Counted from the first letter of the stretch, positions 25,150 to 39,427 are shown. The stretch: 64,000 nt of DNA from Gnetum montanum (GCA_015680685.1 MNCI01000542.1:95989-159988); one strand, 5' to 3'. Translations and numbers: made by a program. Notes: generated by a model not told the origin, from the sequence alone.

Positions 25150-28100
25150 ATTACTCACCTTCACTCATGAGTTCATAGAAATAACAAAAAAAATAGCACA
25201 AACTGGGCACAAGGAAATTTTTTTCTTCATTAATCTCAAAGAAGAATAATATATCATGGAGTGCTAATTTGACGAATGAATTGTATGTTCTTCATTTTGC
25301 TGATAAGGAATGATTGGAATGCTAATGATGATTCTGCAGTTTCTTGTTAAACATTAGGAATAGGGATAGGACCATAGGATGGTTCAGAAGTGAAGGAGGG
25401 AAGCACTTTGGCTTCTATTATATCTAGTGATGATTCTGGATGTAGTACTTCTAGTTGTTGTTGTATCATGAATGTCTTCAATGCTTCCATATCCCTTCAT
25501 AGCTCTATAAGTTCTACTTGATAGGCCTTGACTTCATCTTCTTTTGAGATGAGTTGTTGTCAAATACTCTTCTACTAATGAATTGGTAGCATACATCCTC
25601 TCCTTGACTTCTGAGATATTGACCTATACTATTTGATGCACTATCATTAACACATGATTGGTCTTATGACGATCTTTAATTTCTTATTTTAGTTGTCAAG
25701 CTTTATTCTGAAGCTCTTCCTTCTCTTGTAAATGCTACTTTTTAATCTTCATAACTTCTTCTTGATGCCACTAAAGTGGGGACACATATGATGAAAGGCT
25801 TTTTAGGGGCTAGAGGAGATGGTACTCAAACGACAAAGGTCTCTTTAGGCTTTATGTTTTGGGGTTGTAGTTGTACTTTGATGAAAAATGGCTTTCTAGG
25901 AGGATTAGACCATTTGGTTTTTGTGAATGAGGCTATAGTGTAAGAGTTATTGTTGGTGGTTGGACAATTGAGCTCATTCAACACCGAATATCCATGATCA
26001 ATCATCTTCTAGAGCTCATTCTTTAATTCTAGGCAAAAATTAGTATCATGACCTACAATTTCATGATAATGATAAAACCTATCCAGTCTAAAGTACTTTG
26101 GTATCTTTGAATCATCTTTGGTTGCTATCATTGGGTCTCTAGCTATGTCACAAAGATGATCATGCCTCTTATGAGCCTCCTAAAATAGTTTCTTATGTTG
26201 TATACAGTTGTCTTTAAGTAACTATTCCAAAAGCTTAAAGGCCTTCATAGGAAACCTTGTGTACTTAGATATATTCTTCCATCCAAAATTTGATCTTGGT
26301 TGATTTTGGATGTAGGAGGTGGATAGCTATGATGAGTTAGAAGATGTGTTGCATGGAAATGATCCCCATCTCTCTATTTATTTTGTATGCTTGGATACTA
26401 CAGCCATGGTCGTATGTTCTTGCCTAGTTGTATTACTATCCCTCCTTGTGTGTTGACTTTTATAGGCCACATAGGTTGGGTCATTACTTGCCTCAGCTAC
26501 CTTCTTAATGTTCTTAATTTGTGGAAATTCTTAGCTTACTAATCGGGGCTCTAAGTACTAGAGCTTTGACATGATGAAGTCATTTATTACTTCCTTAAAG
26601 ATCACCAAGAGGTGATTTTTAGAGATAAGCTTTGAAATCTCATTGAGCATTAAATTCCACCTCTAAATAAATCTTTTAACTAGTTTAAGTGACTTTTACT
26701 CCACCTTCATTAGTTGATCTAATATGGCATCCAACTTCAAGTTGTATCTGAAGCATTTAAAAAATTGGTTTATTAGGTCTTCAAGGAAAGAGATGGAACC
26801 TCTAATCAAGGTTTGATATTAATCTAAAGTCTTTCACTTGAGGTACATTGGAAAAATCCGTAGTATCATATGAGGCCAAGCTTACAAAAAGAGGCACTCA
26901 AATTGGAAGGTGACCAAGTGTGCATTAGGATCCCCTTCACCATTGTATTTGGTGAAGTTTGGTATAGGTATGCCCACAAGTAAGGTCTTGGTAAAAGTAT
27001 AGAATCTTAACTATCTGAGTTGTATTGGCCTTGTGTCTCCACAACTCTTTTGTAAGGTCTTGGATCATTTTGAAGGCTTGATCCAAGCCTTGGGGCATCC
27101 CTATAGGTTGCGATGCTTGAATCGATGGTTGAGAAAGGAGTTGAGTGGCTTGAGATTGTACAATTGACATTATCATAGAGGAAAGAGGTTGTGTGACCAC
27201 CATTGTAGGTGGGTTAAAAAAGGAAAAAGAGATTTGATTTGAAACTTCTGGTATGAAGGGGGGAAAGGGAGTATGAGATGCTTGGGTTACTTGGGGCCTT
27301 GATGAGGATCCCATTGGTATGACAAAGGGAGGCGGTGAGGTAGCCATCACTAGGGCTAGGTGCATGGGATGAGGCTATACTGAAAAGGACATGGATGAGA
27401 ACAAAGAGATGGACTGAGACATGGATTGTGCCTAGTGTGTGGTGATGATGGGTGTAGACCCAAGAATAGTAGGAAGGACAAAGGGAAAAGAAGATTAGGG
27501 AACTTATTCCATAGATGAGGTAGGGGAGGTTGTACTAAGACTAGTAGTTTGGGAAGCCAATTATTGGAAAAGGCTTCCAATAAAGATGTTAGGCACTAGT
27601 TTAGCCTCAAACTCATCCCACTCTTCTTTGTGACTTTACAAACTAAGCTCCTCACTCAACTTATTGACTTTTATGAGTTTTATAAGCATTTGTGTATAAA
27701 AGTTAGTGAGTAGGATTTTTTCATAAGGAGATGGGATGTATTCTTTCTAATCTAGATATAAAATTTTGAATTAACACTTAGCATCAGATTTGGAGTGTGT
27801 ATCAAGAGATTAGCTTGCATCCTAACATAGAAAAAGTTGTAGAACTCCTCATTGATGATCGCAAAATCTACGTGTTTACCCCTTTATTGGAGTGATTGTC
27901 TTTGTTCTATGACCCTAGGGTCTTTCGAGTCATAAACATAAATTGCATCTTGGTTGAAGGCCATGTATGTAAGGTCTAGTGGTAATATGGTTCATCTACA
28001 AAAAGGTATTAATTAGTACCAACAAAACTATGATAGCTTAGCAAAAACTAAGCTAGCCTTTGATAAGTCCAACAGTTGTTATGAAAATTTAAATATGAAA

Positions 28101-29910
28101 AAGATGGTTATTGGTAATATGTTGGATTTTGGAAAGATATGCTACTATGTTTTCAAAAAATATTCTAGTGATATAAAGAGTAAGTTTTTCATTTTCCTTA
28201 TTAAGAGATGATGGTATATTTTTCTTTTATGAAAAACTACATTGGGTATTGTTGTGCAACCAAGAAAAAATATTATTTTTTAAAAGATACACTAGGTATC
28301 ATGAAAAAAAATGCTAGCTTTATGCAATGTGAGGAGGTATAATGTTTCACCAAAAGTATGTTGGATGTTTTATGAAAACTATGCTAGGGTTTGTGGGGAT
28401 GGAAAATGTAATTGGTTCGTCAAAACTACGCTAGATAGTTTGGTAAATGGGAAAGGTGGGTTGGTTTTGCCAAGAGATCTAATAGAAAAATTCACAGCAA
28501 GAAATGGATGGTGGAATGATGTGCTAGCCTTTGGAAAACGAAAGGCCAAGTTTTAACAACTAAATGTTGCAGGTTTCTTGAGAAACTATGATGGCTTTCA
28601 AAAGTCTCGCAACTACTATGAATTTCATTGCAACACCTAAATTGACTACAAGAACCACACTGGGTAGTAGTTATAGGAGGATGAATGGAAACATGGATTT
28701 CTTGGTAGTTTCAATGCAGATTTTAAAAATTTAGATCTATAAAATTTGGCTTAAAAAAGATGCAAATTGGATTAAGCGAAGAACTTAGGTGGAGGCACTC
28801 CTTCTAGCACTACAAACTGTAATGCCTAAAAAATTCAGTGCCAAAAGATCAAGAATTATAGGTGAAATAGCTTATCCCAATGGCCTCTAAGAAAGAGAAT
28901 CCAAGGTGCCCTAGATAGTATTATTAATCACCCAAGGACTTAAGAAATGTAAACAATTCATATAAAAATGTAAATCTAGTATAAGAAAATGCATAGAAAT
29001 AAATCGTAAATAAACTTGCACAACAAATGAACTATCAACTTTATTACAATAATGAAATATTAAAAGTATAAAAGTTCAAAGTTGTACAAATTGTATGCTG
29101 AAATTCATAAGGATTTATAGAGATGAAACTTGAAGCTTGTTGAAGTTAGTAGACTGTGTTCTATAGTCAACCCCATGATCTAGGTACTTCCTAACTTTGA
29201 ATTACAAAACTTTTTACTAGTTCTCAGATTGGATCTATAGCATTGGTGGTGACAATGGTGGAAACTATGCTTTATTTGTAGAATTATAGAACTATGCTAA
29301 GAGTCTCAAATGTCTAGGTAGTTGTCAATTTCTTCTAAAAAATCTCCAAAATGTCAAAGGTTTTAAGTGCTCAAGGTTGCAAAAGTTGTGAAGATTGTGA
29401 AAACCCAAGAATCAAAGAACCCATTCAATGTGTCCAAAATTTTTATTTATAGCCCATACAGTTGCTAATTTCTAGTTGCAAATTTTTTCCATGATTGCCA
29501 TAATTTTCCATTTCTGGTAAGTTTTGATGCACCCAAGTCATCAAAACTATACTGAGCACCATAAATAGTAAACAGACTTTGGCAACTATGCTAGCTTTAC
29601 TAAACTACACTAGCCTCATGGAACTATGTTGGCCTTGCTAGGAAAATAAAATCCCAACAACTCCAATGCTAGGACTACACTAGAACCACGCTAGACTTGT
29701 TGTGAAAATTAAAGCCCAAAAATGCCCACGCTGACTATAAGTGTTTCCAACGTAGTTTTGGCTAGGGCCAACATAAAACCCATGAAAAGATCAAATTTGG
29801 TTGTTCCCAAGGCATTTTTAACCTTACCAAGCCCAAATATAGACATGACATAACTCTTTTCACTTGGGAAGTGAGGCAATAATAACTTATGAGGCATTTT
29901 TTAGCCCCAA
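25150..29910 (-). mobile_element. Truncated Ogre/Tat-like element: 5' LTR (~28818-29910), tRNA-Arg-type PBS, gag only
   Basis: PBS-like TAGTGCTAGAAGGAGTGC at 28795-28812 (minus). 25990-27050 is homologous to the gag at 47370-48480 (FRLDRFYHYHEIVGHDTNFC vs FRLDRFCEYH.RCGHGTDYC). No PR, pol or second LTR found. Confidence 0.7.
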
Positions 29911-30959
29911 TAAGTTAAAGTATGTAAAATTGCAGATCATGGACTACAAACCTTACATTGTACTATGAAAATCTAGCCTTAAATTTAATAGTGAATGTTA
30001 CAATGTGAACAAGTTGCAACATGAATTTTCTTGATGGTGTTTCAATTACATGTTCACCTTTCTACAAATATAATAAATTTAACTAGTTTTAAAGGAATGC
30101 CAACTTTAATTCATTCTTAACTTCAAATATTTTCTTCAACTTTTTTCACATTATATATGTATAATTATACTTCATCAATTATACAATTTTTCCAAATACA
30201 CTCAATGTAATTAGCATCTATGTCATCTTATGATCATTGTTCACCATGGTAGTTTTGGCAAGGGTTCTTTCCAAGCCATTTCCTCACTGTAGAAATCTCA
30301 TATGAAGTTTCTAGATATAGTAATTAGAAGCTTTTAACATTTAACTCTCAAGAAATTAGGCATAAGTTCTTACTTGATTCATGGTTATATATAATTTCTT
30401 AAATTACAGTTACTTACCATATTACTCTCATATCATGTGAAGTTTACAAGGTTAACAATGAGCAACTATTACTAGACACTTTGGGAGTAGAAAGATAAGA
30501 CACATATTCAAGCATCACTTCCTCAATACCTAAGATACATGAAGTGTTATGTTGATAAAAAAACCAATCATAAGCTTATGTAATAGTTAGAATAAAATGT
30601 AAATAAAAATATTAATGAACATTTAATAAATAAATAAAATTAGTCAGATAGCATAATGGTGAGAAACACTATGGTGGTGTGAACATGATATATGAAATAT
30701 AAACCATGGTGTATCATGATGATGTAAAATAAAACATGTACATAAAACATAATGTTGAGTTTACATAATAAGTAATATCTTTAATAATGTTAAGTCCTTG
30801 AATCATTCAATAACTTATGAGCTTGTAAGAATTTAACCTTACAATGATAGATAAGTAGGGTTTTAAAATGTTATTTTAAATAATTTATCCAAATGAAGAT
30901 CAAATAATAAGACTAATGAAGAGCTTTTATCAAATCAATTTTCTAATGAGCCTTTATTT

Positions 30960-31688
30960 ATAAAGGCTGCTACAGTGTTCTCAATAGCAATCACTCCTTA
31001 TTCACCAACTATCTTACATACTTGAAGGAGTAGAAAGTTCCGTCTAAATGGGAGAGGCCTAGGACTTAGTAATTTATACATTAGACCAAACACTTTATGA
31101 AAATAAAGGAAACCCTTTGTAAAATCTATGATGATGATCTAGTTCAATGGTGTGTTTCTAAGAGAAAACAACTAAGAATTCTCCAAGATGTGCATAAAAG
31201 ACCATATGGTAATCATTATGTAGGAAGAAAAATAGATATCAAAATCCTCATGGTTAATTACTTTTAGCCAACACTCTTGTGTGATGTACATCAATTTTCT
31301 AAGTCACATGAGTGCTCTCAAAGAGATGATGAGGTATCAACATGATTTGAAGAACCACAATAATGGATTCAATCACTAGAGCCTTTTGATCTTTGAATGA
31401 TAATTATTATGGTCATGAATTATTACATAAAATGGGTTGAATCAATTGTTATAATCAACTCTTTTGTAGCGCTACCACTAGATTCTTTTAGTAGTAGATG
31501 GTAAATAGGTTTAGAATGTCTTATAAACTTATATCTAGTAATGAGACTTATTTTATAGGGCTAACTTTTAAGAAATTAATGTAACATGTAAGGATAGAAA
31601 ATAAGTTGACTATATGATATCACCCTCAAGCTAATGCACAAGCTACGGTCACAAACTTAGAGATAACCTAGATACTCATACATATAGT
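30960..31688 (+). pseudogene. pol: Old gypsy (Athila-like) pol remnant, integrase; continues at 51893-52009
   Basis: HYVGRKIDIKILMVNYF.PTL and HPQANAQ...NLEI read across the ATAGT TSD into SKYWKD.STKLNDALW...SSYELVY at 51893-52000. Confidence 0.75.
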
Positions 31689-33626
31689 TTTACTGACCTA
31701 AATCATCGGTGTAAGGCTAGAAGGGAAAAACAAACACCGAAAGATCGTAGGACAAACACAGCTGACCCTACCTTCGTGTGAGGGCAAGTTGGAAAAGAAA
31801 ACGAAGGTAGAGTGCCTTGGATGGTTTGCATACAAATCAACCAAGGACTTTCCCGAACATAAGCTATGGCTTGCGCTGGGCTTATTGTAACTAATGTGCA
31901 AAGTGTAAACAGTACGCTTGAAATGCCAAAAATGTAAACAGTATGCACGAAATGCAAACAGAAACATATACAGAATTGGTATTGTAAATGAAATGTAAAC
32001 CAAATTTAAAATAGTGCAAACAATATAATGGTTGGCAAAATGAATTGTATTGTATTGCTTAGAAGGAGTGTGCACCAGTCAAAGCATAGCTGCATATGCA
32101 GATGGCAGGACAAGCCCTAGGGAGTTATGTTTTAGAAGTGCTTGGATACAAGGAGTCAAGTATGCCCGAGTGTCCAAGGATTGCTGGTTTGAGTTTCCTA
32201 AGCCATCAATCTTCAAAATCTCCAACCCCGTTTATGTGAATTAACAAGGTATTTATAGGGTCTGGCCAGGTTCAGGCATGGAATTTATGGATGAAATCAA
32301 CGGTTGAGAGATGAGAGGAAAATAGATCATGTGACACATGTCCGATGGACAACTGTATGTGAGTTGGACATGCGTGGGCAAGCTACATTCTTGACCAGGT
32401 GCATTGTATCTTACAACATGTGTTGGCTTTCCCGAGCTAGCTTACACTCATGGAAAAAAATACAATTTGGAGAGTAAGAGCTTGGTAGGGCCACAAATGA
32501 TGAACATTTACAATGAAAAGATAATGTACAATAAGAGAATTTGACTCTAGCTTGCTTAAAACTTCTTGATCTCTGAATTGACTGCTGTAGGATATCGATC
32601 TGAGTGGTTTTGTGGATGTTCGAGGCATCTCTTTTTGACCAGGACTTCCAGTGTGAGTTGATTTTGTTTGGGCTTGTCCTCAGCATGTTCATACTGCACT
32701 CACACTACATTCATGCTGCACTCACATTGCTAGTGTGACCTCAGTGTGACCTCAGCGTGAGTGAGCTAGAATGACGTATTTTCCATCAAATTTTGATTTT
32801 TGAGGCCTGTTTCTTGAGTGCAACTGTTGTCTAACTTTGGTTAACCTTGAGAGTGATCTGCAAGTCAGAAATTGAGCTTGATGTGCCTTTTTTTAGACTT
32901 CTTTTAGTAGCTCATGTTGGACTCATGCTACCAGCGTGAGTGCAGTGTGACCACAACATGAGCTACAAAGACTTGCACTTTTGAACTTGAAATTTGGAAT
33001 TCTGAATGCTGGAACTTAAAGTTGTCAACAATGAACCCTAAGGATGACTTTCACCTTGGAAATTAGGTCATTTCAACTCAATTTTTGGCTCTAAAAGTTT
33101 CTCACGATGTACTCACATTGTCAGCGTGACCTCAGCGTGAGTGTGAAAATGTGAACAATTTGCCTCAAAATTTGAATTCACGAATGCTGAAACTTGGAGT
33201 GGCATTAATGGCCCTTGAGTATGGCTTACACCCTAGAAATCAGATCATTCTGACTCAGTTTTAAAGTTGTTAAAGTTGGTCACGTTGTACTCATGCTGCC
33301 AGCATGACCACAGTGTGAGTTAGAAAATTTGCACTTTTTAACCTAAAATTTGAATCCCTGAATGCTGAAACTTTGAACTAGGCACAATAGTGACCCTTGA
33401 GAGTACCTTGCATCCTCAAATTGAGCCACCTTTGACTTGATTCTGATGCCATTTGGAGTTTCTCATGCTGAGGGCAAGTTAGCTTAACAAGCTGAGTGTG
33501 AGCAAGCTGGCTTGAGCAAGTTGGGCATGAGTTCCATGCCTTAGCCAAATTTTTGCTTCCCAAAAGCTAAAAGGGCTCTAGGTCATTCTCATTTCAAATT
33601 TTTAGGCCAAAATTAGTGGTTTTTCA
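31689..33626 (-). repeat. 3' LTR (1938 bp)
   Basis: Direct repeat of 49937-51887; 7 mismatches in the first 60 bp compared by hand. Confidence 0.95.
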
Positions 33627-33640
33627 TTACCCCTCTTTGT
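33627..33640 (-). promoter_or_regulatory. Polypurine tract
   Basis: ACAAAGAGGGGTAA on the minus strand, abutting the 3' LTR. Confidence 0.8.
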
Positions 33641-35019
33641 TAACATCTGGAGGAATCCACCTAAGAGGCATCAACAAAGAAGTGCAAAACACCATGAATA
33701 ACCAAGCGTCAAGAATTAACCGTGGGCCCTTGGCTAGATGTCATCGTACCATGTTCAAAAGTATATGGGATTGGGGAAGTGTAGTTCAAGGTGCAAGGTA
33801 ATTGGTTATAACTAGAAAATCAGGAGTTAATCAAGGGTTATAATTACTGCCAAGATTGTGGGAGAGGACTACTCTCACGTGAATGAGCTATATCTTTGGT
33901 CCTTGTCAATAGCCGGGTTTTAGTAGACTTGGCACCAAGACATAGGAAGTGCATTCTTTGGAGAAATGAGACCCTTGTAGAGTGTTTATGGGGCCTATTC
34001 TAAACAACCAAAGCCACATGATGATGTGCAACATGATCTCTTTGAGACACGAGTGTAACTATTTTTTTTAAGAAAATTGCCTTCTTTCCTAGGGCTTGTA
34101 TGAGAATAGCCAATAGTCTTTAGTCTATGATGTTAACGGGGTCATGAAGACCATTTTCCATGCATTTTTCTCTTTGACCTTTTCATTCTTTTTCTTTTTG
34201 TTTGTTTCTTCTTTTCTATTTTTTTCTTGTTCTCTTTGGTCTTTTTGAAAGAGCTTGCTTTTAGTGTTGTGCTCGTGTTCGAGTGCTTGAATTTTGTATT
34301 ATGTATCATGTATACTGTGTTTTGCATTGCAACTGCTTAGAAAGTCACAGTGCAAGAGTGTATCAAGAGCTTTGTGGTGAATAGGGAATGTAATTGAATA
34401 GGATAAGGGGGCATGATGGGGAAACAAGGAATGTATCAGGAGTCGAGAATGTACTTATGAATGGATTGATTAACCCAGTTACATGTGTCAGGAAAAATGT
34501 GATACCTTGTCATCATGATGAAGTGCATCTATGTGCAAATGCCTCAAGCATGTCATCCTGCAGACACAACTCCAAGAAGATAAGAAAAACATAAATGAAT
34601 CAATTAACTAAGCACTTTAAACAAGGAGAGGGAGCCACTGTGTGCAATTTTCAAAGCGAGAAAAATCATGAGTAGCATCGGCTTCATTAGGGTCCATGAG
34701 CTAAATTATGCAGCAAGTCTTTGTGGCACATGTATGGCCAATTGCAGCAACACATCTTTTCAATTTTTTCTTGGTCATCAATGATGTCACCAGTTTATAG
34801 TTGTAGTAGACTATTGCGGGTTTCACGTCATAACCCTTCAGAAGGTGCCAGTTTAGCGTCATAGTAGATGGTGCATTGCTAGTTTATAATTGTAGTGAAT
34901 TATGAAGAGGCAAACCAGTTTATAGTCTTAGTAAACTATGGATGCTAGTTTCACGTCATGGTGAATAGATATGGCAGTTTAGCATCGTACCATATGGCGC
35001 TCTATGGTGTCATTTTATT

Positions 35020-35982
35020 GTCATGACTCTAGGACATTTTTGTGGTGCTAATTTCAAGTCATAGCCCTAGGACTATTTTGTGGTATCAGTTTTAATTCAT
35101 AATGCTAGGATTGTTTTGTGGTATCATTTTTAAGTAATATTCCAGGACTATTCTATGGTATCAGTTTTAAGTCATAATGTCAGGACTATTCTGTGGTATC
35201 ATTTTTAAGTCATAATGCTAGGACTGTTCTGTGGTATCAGTTTTAAGTCATGATGCCAGGACTATTCTGTGGTATTAGTTTTAAGTCATAATGCCAAGAC
35301 TGTTTTGTGGTATCAGTTTTAAGTCATAATTCCAGGACTGTTCTGTGGTATCAGTTTTAAGTCATAATGCCAGGACTATTCTGTGGTATCAATTTTAAGT
35401 CATAATGCCAGGACTGTTCTGTGGTATCAGTTTTAAGTCATAATGCCAGGACTATTCTGTGGTATCAGTTTTAAGTCATAATGCCAGGACTGTTCTGTGG
35501 TATCAGTTTTAAGTCATAATGCCAGGACTATTCTGTGGTATCAATTTTAAGTCATAATGCCAGGACTGTTCTGTGGTATCAGTTTTAAGTCATAATGCCA
35601 GGACTATTCTGTGGTATCAGTTTTAAGTCATAATGCCAGGACTGTTCTGTGGTATCAGTTTTAAGTCATAATGCCAGGACTATTCTGTGGTATCAGTTTT
35701 AAGTCATAATGCCAGGACTGTTCTGTGGTATCAGTTTTAAGTCATAATGCCAGGACTATTCTGTGGTATCAGTTTTAAGTCATAATGCCAGGACTGTTCT
35801 GTGGTATCAGTTTTAAGTCATAATGCCAGGACTATTTTGTGGTATCAATTTTAAGTCATAATGCCAGGACTGTTCTGTGGTATCAGTTTTAAGTCATAAT
35901 GCCAGGACTATTCTGTGGTATCAGTTTTAAGTCATAATGCCAGGACTGTTCTGTAGTATCAATTTTAAGTCATAATGCCAGG
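35020..35982. repeat. 38-bp tandem array (~25 units) in the 3' UTR, directly after the integrase stop
   Basis: Unit GGTATCAGTTTTAAGTCATAATGCCAGGACT(A/G)TTCTGT; A/G alternates giving a 76-bp dimer; the left edge degenerates. Confidence 0.97.
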
Positions 35983-36004
35983 GCTGCTACGTACCTCAAG
36001 TTCA

Positions 36005-39000
36005 TCAGACATAGTACTGTTTAAGGTACAAGTGATTCGTGGGATTAGCAAACTCATCTTTATTCATGTCAACAAGTTTGAATGCTCCATTATTGTACAA
36101 CTTAGTGACTAAGTAAGGCCCTTCCCAGTTAGCTGAGAATTTATCTGAATGTTCATGGATAGCCTTAAGGACTAAGTCTCCTTCTTTAATTAGGCATTTA
36201 TGCATATCGTGTTTGTGTCATTTCCGCTATTGTTTCTAGTACCACTCGATCTGGTCAAGCATTCACACGCGTTCCTCCTCCACTGAGTCAAGGTTAGCAA
36301 TGCATAGTTCATTGTTTTAACTTTCATTGAGGATGCTCGAGAGAGCTATCCGCAATGAGGAAAATTATAACTCTAAAGGTAAAATAGCTTTAGATCCGTA
36401 TAAAAGACTATATGGAGTTTTACCTGTAGATGTTCGATGTGTCGTTCTGTATGCCCATAATGCATAGACTAGTTGTTCGTGCCATCACCTCTTAGTTTGA
36501 TTCAACATCTTTTTGAGCAACATGATGATAGTTTTATTTGTAGCCTCTGCTTGACCATTGATCTGTGGGTAGTAAGGTGACGAGAACACATGTTTAATAC
36601 CCAGGCTTTCACAGAAGCTTTTAGTATCCACACTACTGAACTTTGGCTCATTATCAATAATGATGGTCATCAGAATACCAAAATAGGTCACGATGTTTTC
36701 TATTATGAAAGTGCAAATGTGTTTAGAATTGGTTTTCCTAAGAGGAATTTCTTCTACCAATTTTGTGAAGTATTCAGTTGTGGTGATAATAAACCTGTGT
36801 CCTATGGAGGATGATGGCGTTATCGGTCCAATTAAGTCTAATCCCCAGTTTTGGAATGGCCATGTGATTTGTGTTGTGTGCAATTCATTAGGCGGCACAT
36901 GTATTAGGTTACCATGCCTTTGGCAAATGTCACATGTCCTAACCTTGGAGATGCAATCGTACTCCATGTGTGGCCAATAGTAGCCTAAGCGCCAAATCTT
37001 TGTTGACATTGCTTTAGGTGCTATGTGCCCTCCACAAAGTCCTTCGTGAACTTTTTATACAATTTTTTGACCGTCGATGCTACTAATGCACATCAGCAAA
37101 ATGTCCTCGTAGGATTTTCGACACAAGGTGTCTCCTATTAATGCATATTTCCGAGAGCATTTTTGCAATGCATCCTTTTGAGTGTTTGTCAAATGTTGTG
37201 GGGGTTCATCTCATAGAAGGTACTCTTTTATGTCATCATACCATTCTCTTATGTGTGTTTTGCTAACAGATGCTATAGGCATTTCATCAAGAGTGTTAAT
37301 TATAGGTTTGGCACAACTTGTTATAGAGCTAGGCAATGCATGGAACATTTTGGGTGTCATGTTTAAGGCTAGTGTGGCGAGTGCATCAGCAATGGTGTTT
37401 TCACTCCTAGGGACATGCTATATGTCCACTTTTACTAGTTTCCTTAGTAGATGTTTGGTCAAATCACAATACGGTTGCAAATGGAGAGCTTTGCATGCGT
37501 AAACCTCAGTGACTTGATTAATGACTAACTATGAATCACCTTGAACTACAAGGCATGTAACTTCTAAAGTCAATACTGCTTGAAGACCTCTGAGAAGACC
37601 TTCATATTCCACCACGTTATTGGTACAAGGAAAGGTTAATCGGTAGGCAAAGGGTTGGATCTCTCCAGAGGGATATGTTAAAATGGCCTCAGCACTTCCT
37701 CCTTGGGAAGTTGAAGCTCCATCGAAATAGAGGATTTCCTTGTAGTTGTCAGGTATGGTGTCTATACTATTAACATTCTCATCTAGGAATTTAGCATTTA
37801 TCGTTGCTTGATCATGCGTTGGCGAGGCGGTTAATTTTGTGACTATTGCTTGACCTTTTGTGGAAGATTGAGCAACATAGTTTAGGTCAAATTCTGCAAT
37901 CATTGCTTTCCACCTAGCTATCTTACTCTACTCGTAGATGTTATTAGTGATGGCACGGAGTACATTATCCTTGCAAATGATGTAAACATGATTGCAGAAG
38001 AGATAATGCCACCATTTTTTGCAGGAGAAGACGAGGGCAAGACATGATTTCTCTACGTCGTTGTATCATTGTTCATAGGCAATTAAATCATATCTTAGGT
38101 AATATATCGAGATCTCGACTCCATCTTGACATTTTTGACAAAGCATTGATGCGATGGAAGAATCGGAAGTTGCAAGGTAGATGTAAAAGGGTTTATCACT
38201 TTGCGGGGGATAAATTTGCGGCGGATAAATAGTTGTTTTATGTTCTCGAATGCTTCTTGACATTGTTGGGTCCATTAAAAATGCACATTCTTTCGTAGTA
38301 GGTGCTGCATAGGTCTCAACTTATCTGTCAGCCTCTCAATAAAGTGCCTTATGAACCGCAGTCTACCTTGGAGACCACGTAGTTCCGTAAGGTTCTTTGG
38401 TGGTTTCATATTAGTTATTGCCTTAACCTTATTAGGGTCTACTTGTATTCCTATTTCAGACACTATGAGACCAAGCATCTTGCCCATTTTGACACCAAAG
38501 ACACACTTCTTTGGATTAAGTCTGAGGTCATATTTGAGACAACTTTTAAGCACTAGGTCTAGAACTTTTGCATGTTGTTCCATTATTTTAGATTTAACCA
38601 CGATATCATCAACATAATCATTGAGAAAATTGAGCATGTAATCACTAAATATATATGTTATTTCTCGTTCATATGTAGCTCCTACATTTTAAGGCCAAAT
38701 GGCATCAGCGTATAGTAGAATGTGCCCCAAGGCATCATAAAAGTTGTTCTAAGTTGATGTTTTGGATCGATTCTTATTTGGTTGTATCCTAAAAATTCAT
38801 CCATAAAGGATAATAGTGCATGCCCAGCAGTTGTGTTAATAAGTTGATCGATGCTGGGTAGCGGGAAGTCATCCTTTATAGTGGTTGTGTTAAGATCATA
38901 GAAGTCGATACCCAATTGGAATAGTCAACAGCTCGGATGAAACTGGCTTGGTAGAGCTTTGTGATTTTAGCATGGACTACTAACGCCACCTCAGGTATAA

Positions 39001-39427
39001 CCTTACGTGCCTTCTGTTTTATTGGTTTAATTTTTTCATTAAGGATGATGTTGTGCTGGATGATTCAGGGGTCTAATCCTGGCATGTTAGTATATGACCA
39101 TGAAAATGTTTTTATGTTTCCTTTTAGTACTTGAGTGATGTCGCCAACAAGTTGTGAGTCCAGTAGGGTGCTTAATTTCAATGTTCTAGCATCACCATTA
39201 GATGTGGTAATGGGGACTTCAACAAGGGGATCTTCAATGATATTATCAACTTTTAGATCCAAAGTCTTAGTTACATTTTTAGGTCAATCTGATGTTTCTT
39301 GAGTGGAGGCTATTAAATTAGTATAAGTGGATGGGTCTAGGTCCAAGGATTTTGGGTTGATTGCTCTTTTTACCTTCCCATGTAGTCCACTGAGAGACAA
39401 TGTTGAAAGGATATTCTTGGTGTCCAT
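36005..39427 (-). pseudogene. pol: pol: RT, RNase H, additional archaeal-type RNase H, integrase (disrupted)
   Basis: RT: KDDFPLPSIDQL, YVDDI, LNPKKCVFG (38275-39262). RH 37900-38275. aRH: LYFDGAS...CTNNVVEYEGL...VQGDS (37529-37903). INT: WPFQNWGLDLIGP, YYPQINGQAEATNK (36485-37009), C-terminus ANWEGPY...LKQYYV* (36005-36205). Confidence 0.93.

Noticed and set aside
30200-30560. Possible minus-strand gypsy RT fragment (..NYYI.K..RF..)
   Set aside because: Too short and decayed to support a call without a translated search.
31698-32075. 125-aa ORF present twice (also 49946-50323)
   Set aside because: It lies inside the LTRs, so the duplication is explained by the LTR pair. The T-rich composition gives stop-poor frames and there is no recognisable domain.
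35020-35982. CRISPR-like array
   Set aside because: The units are head-to-tail with no unique spacers, there are no cas genes, and the context is a plant retrotransposon 3' UTR.
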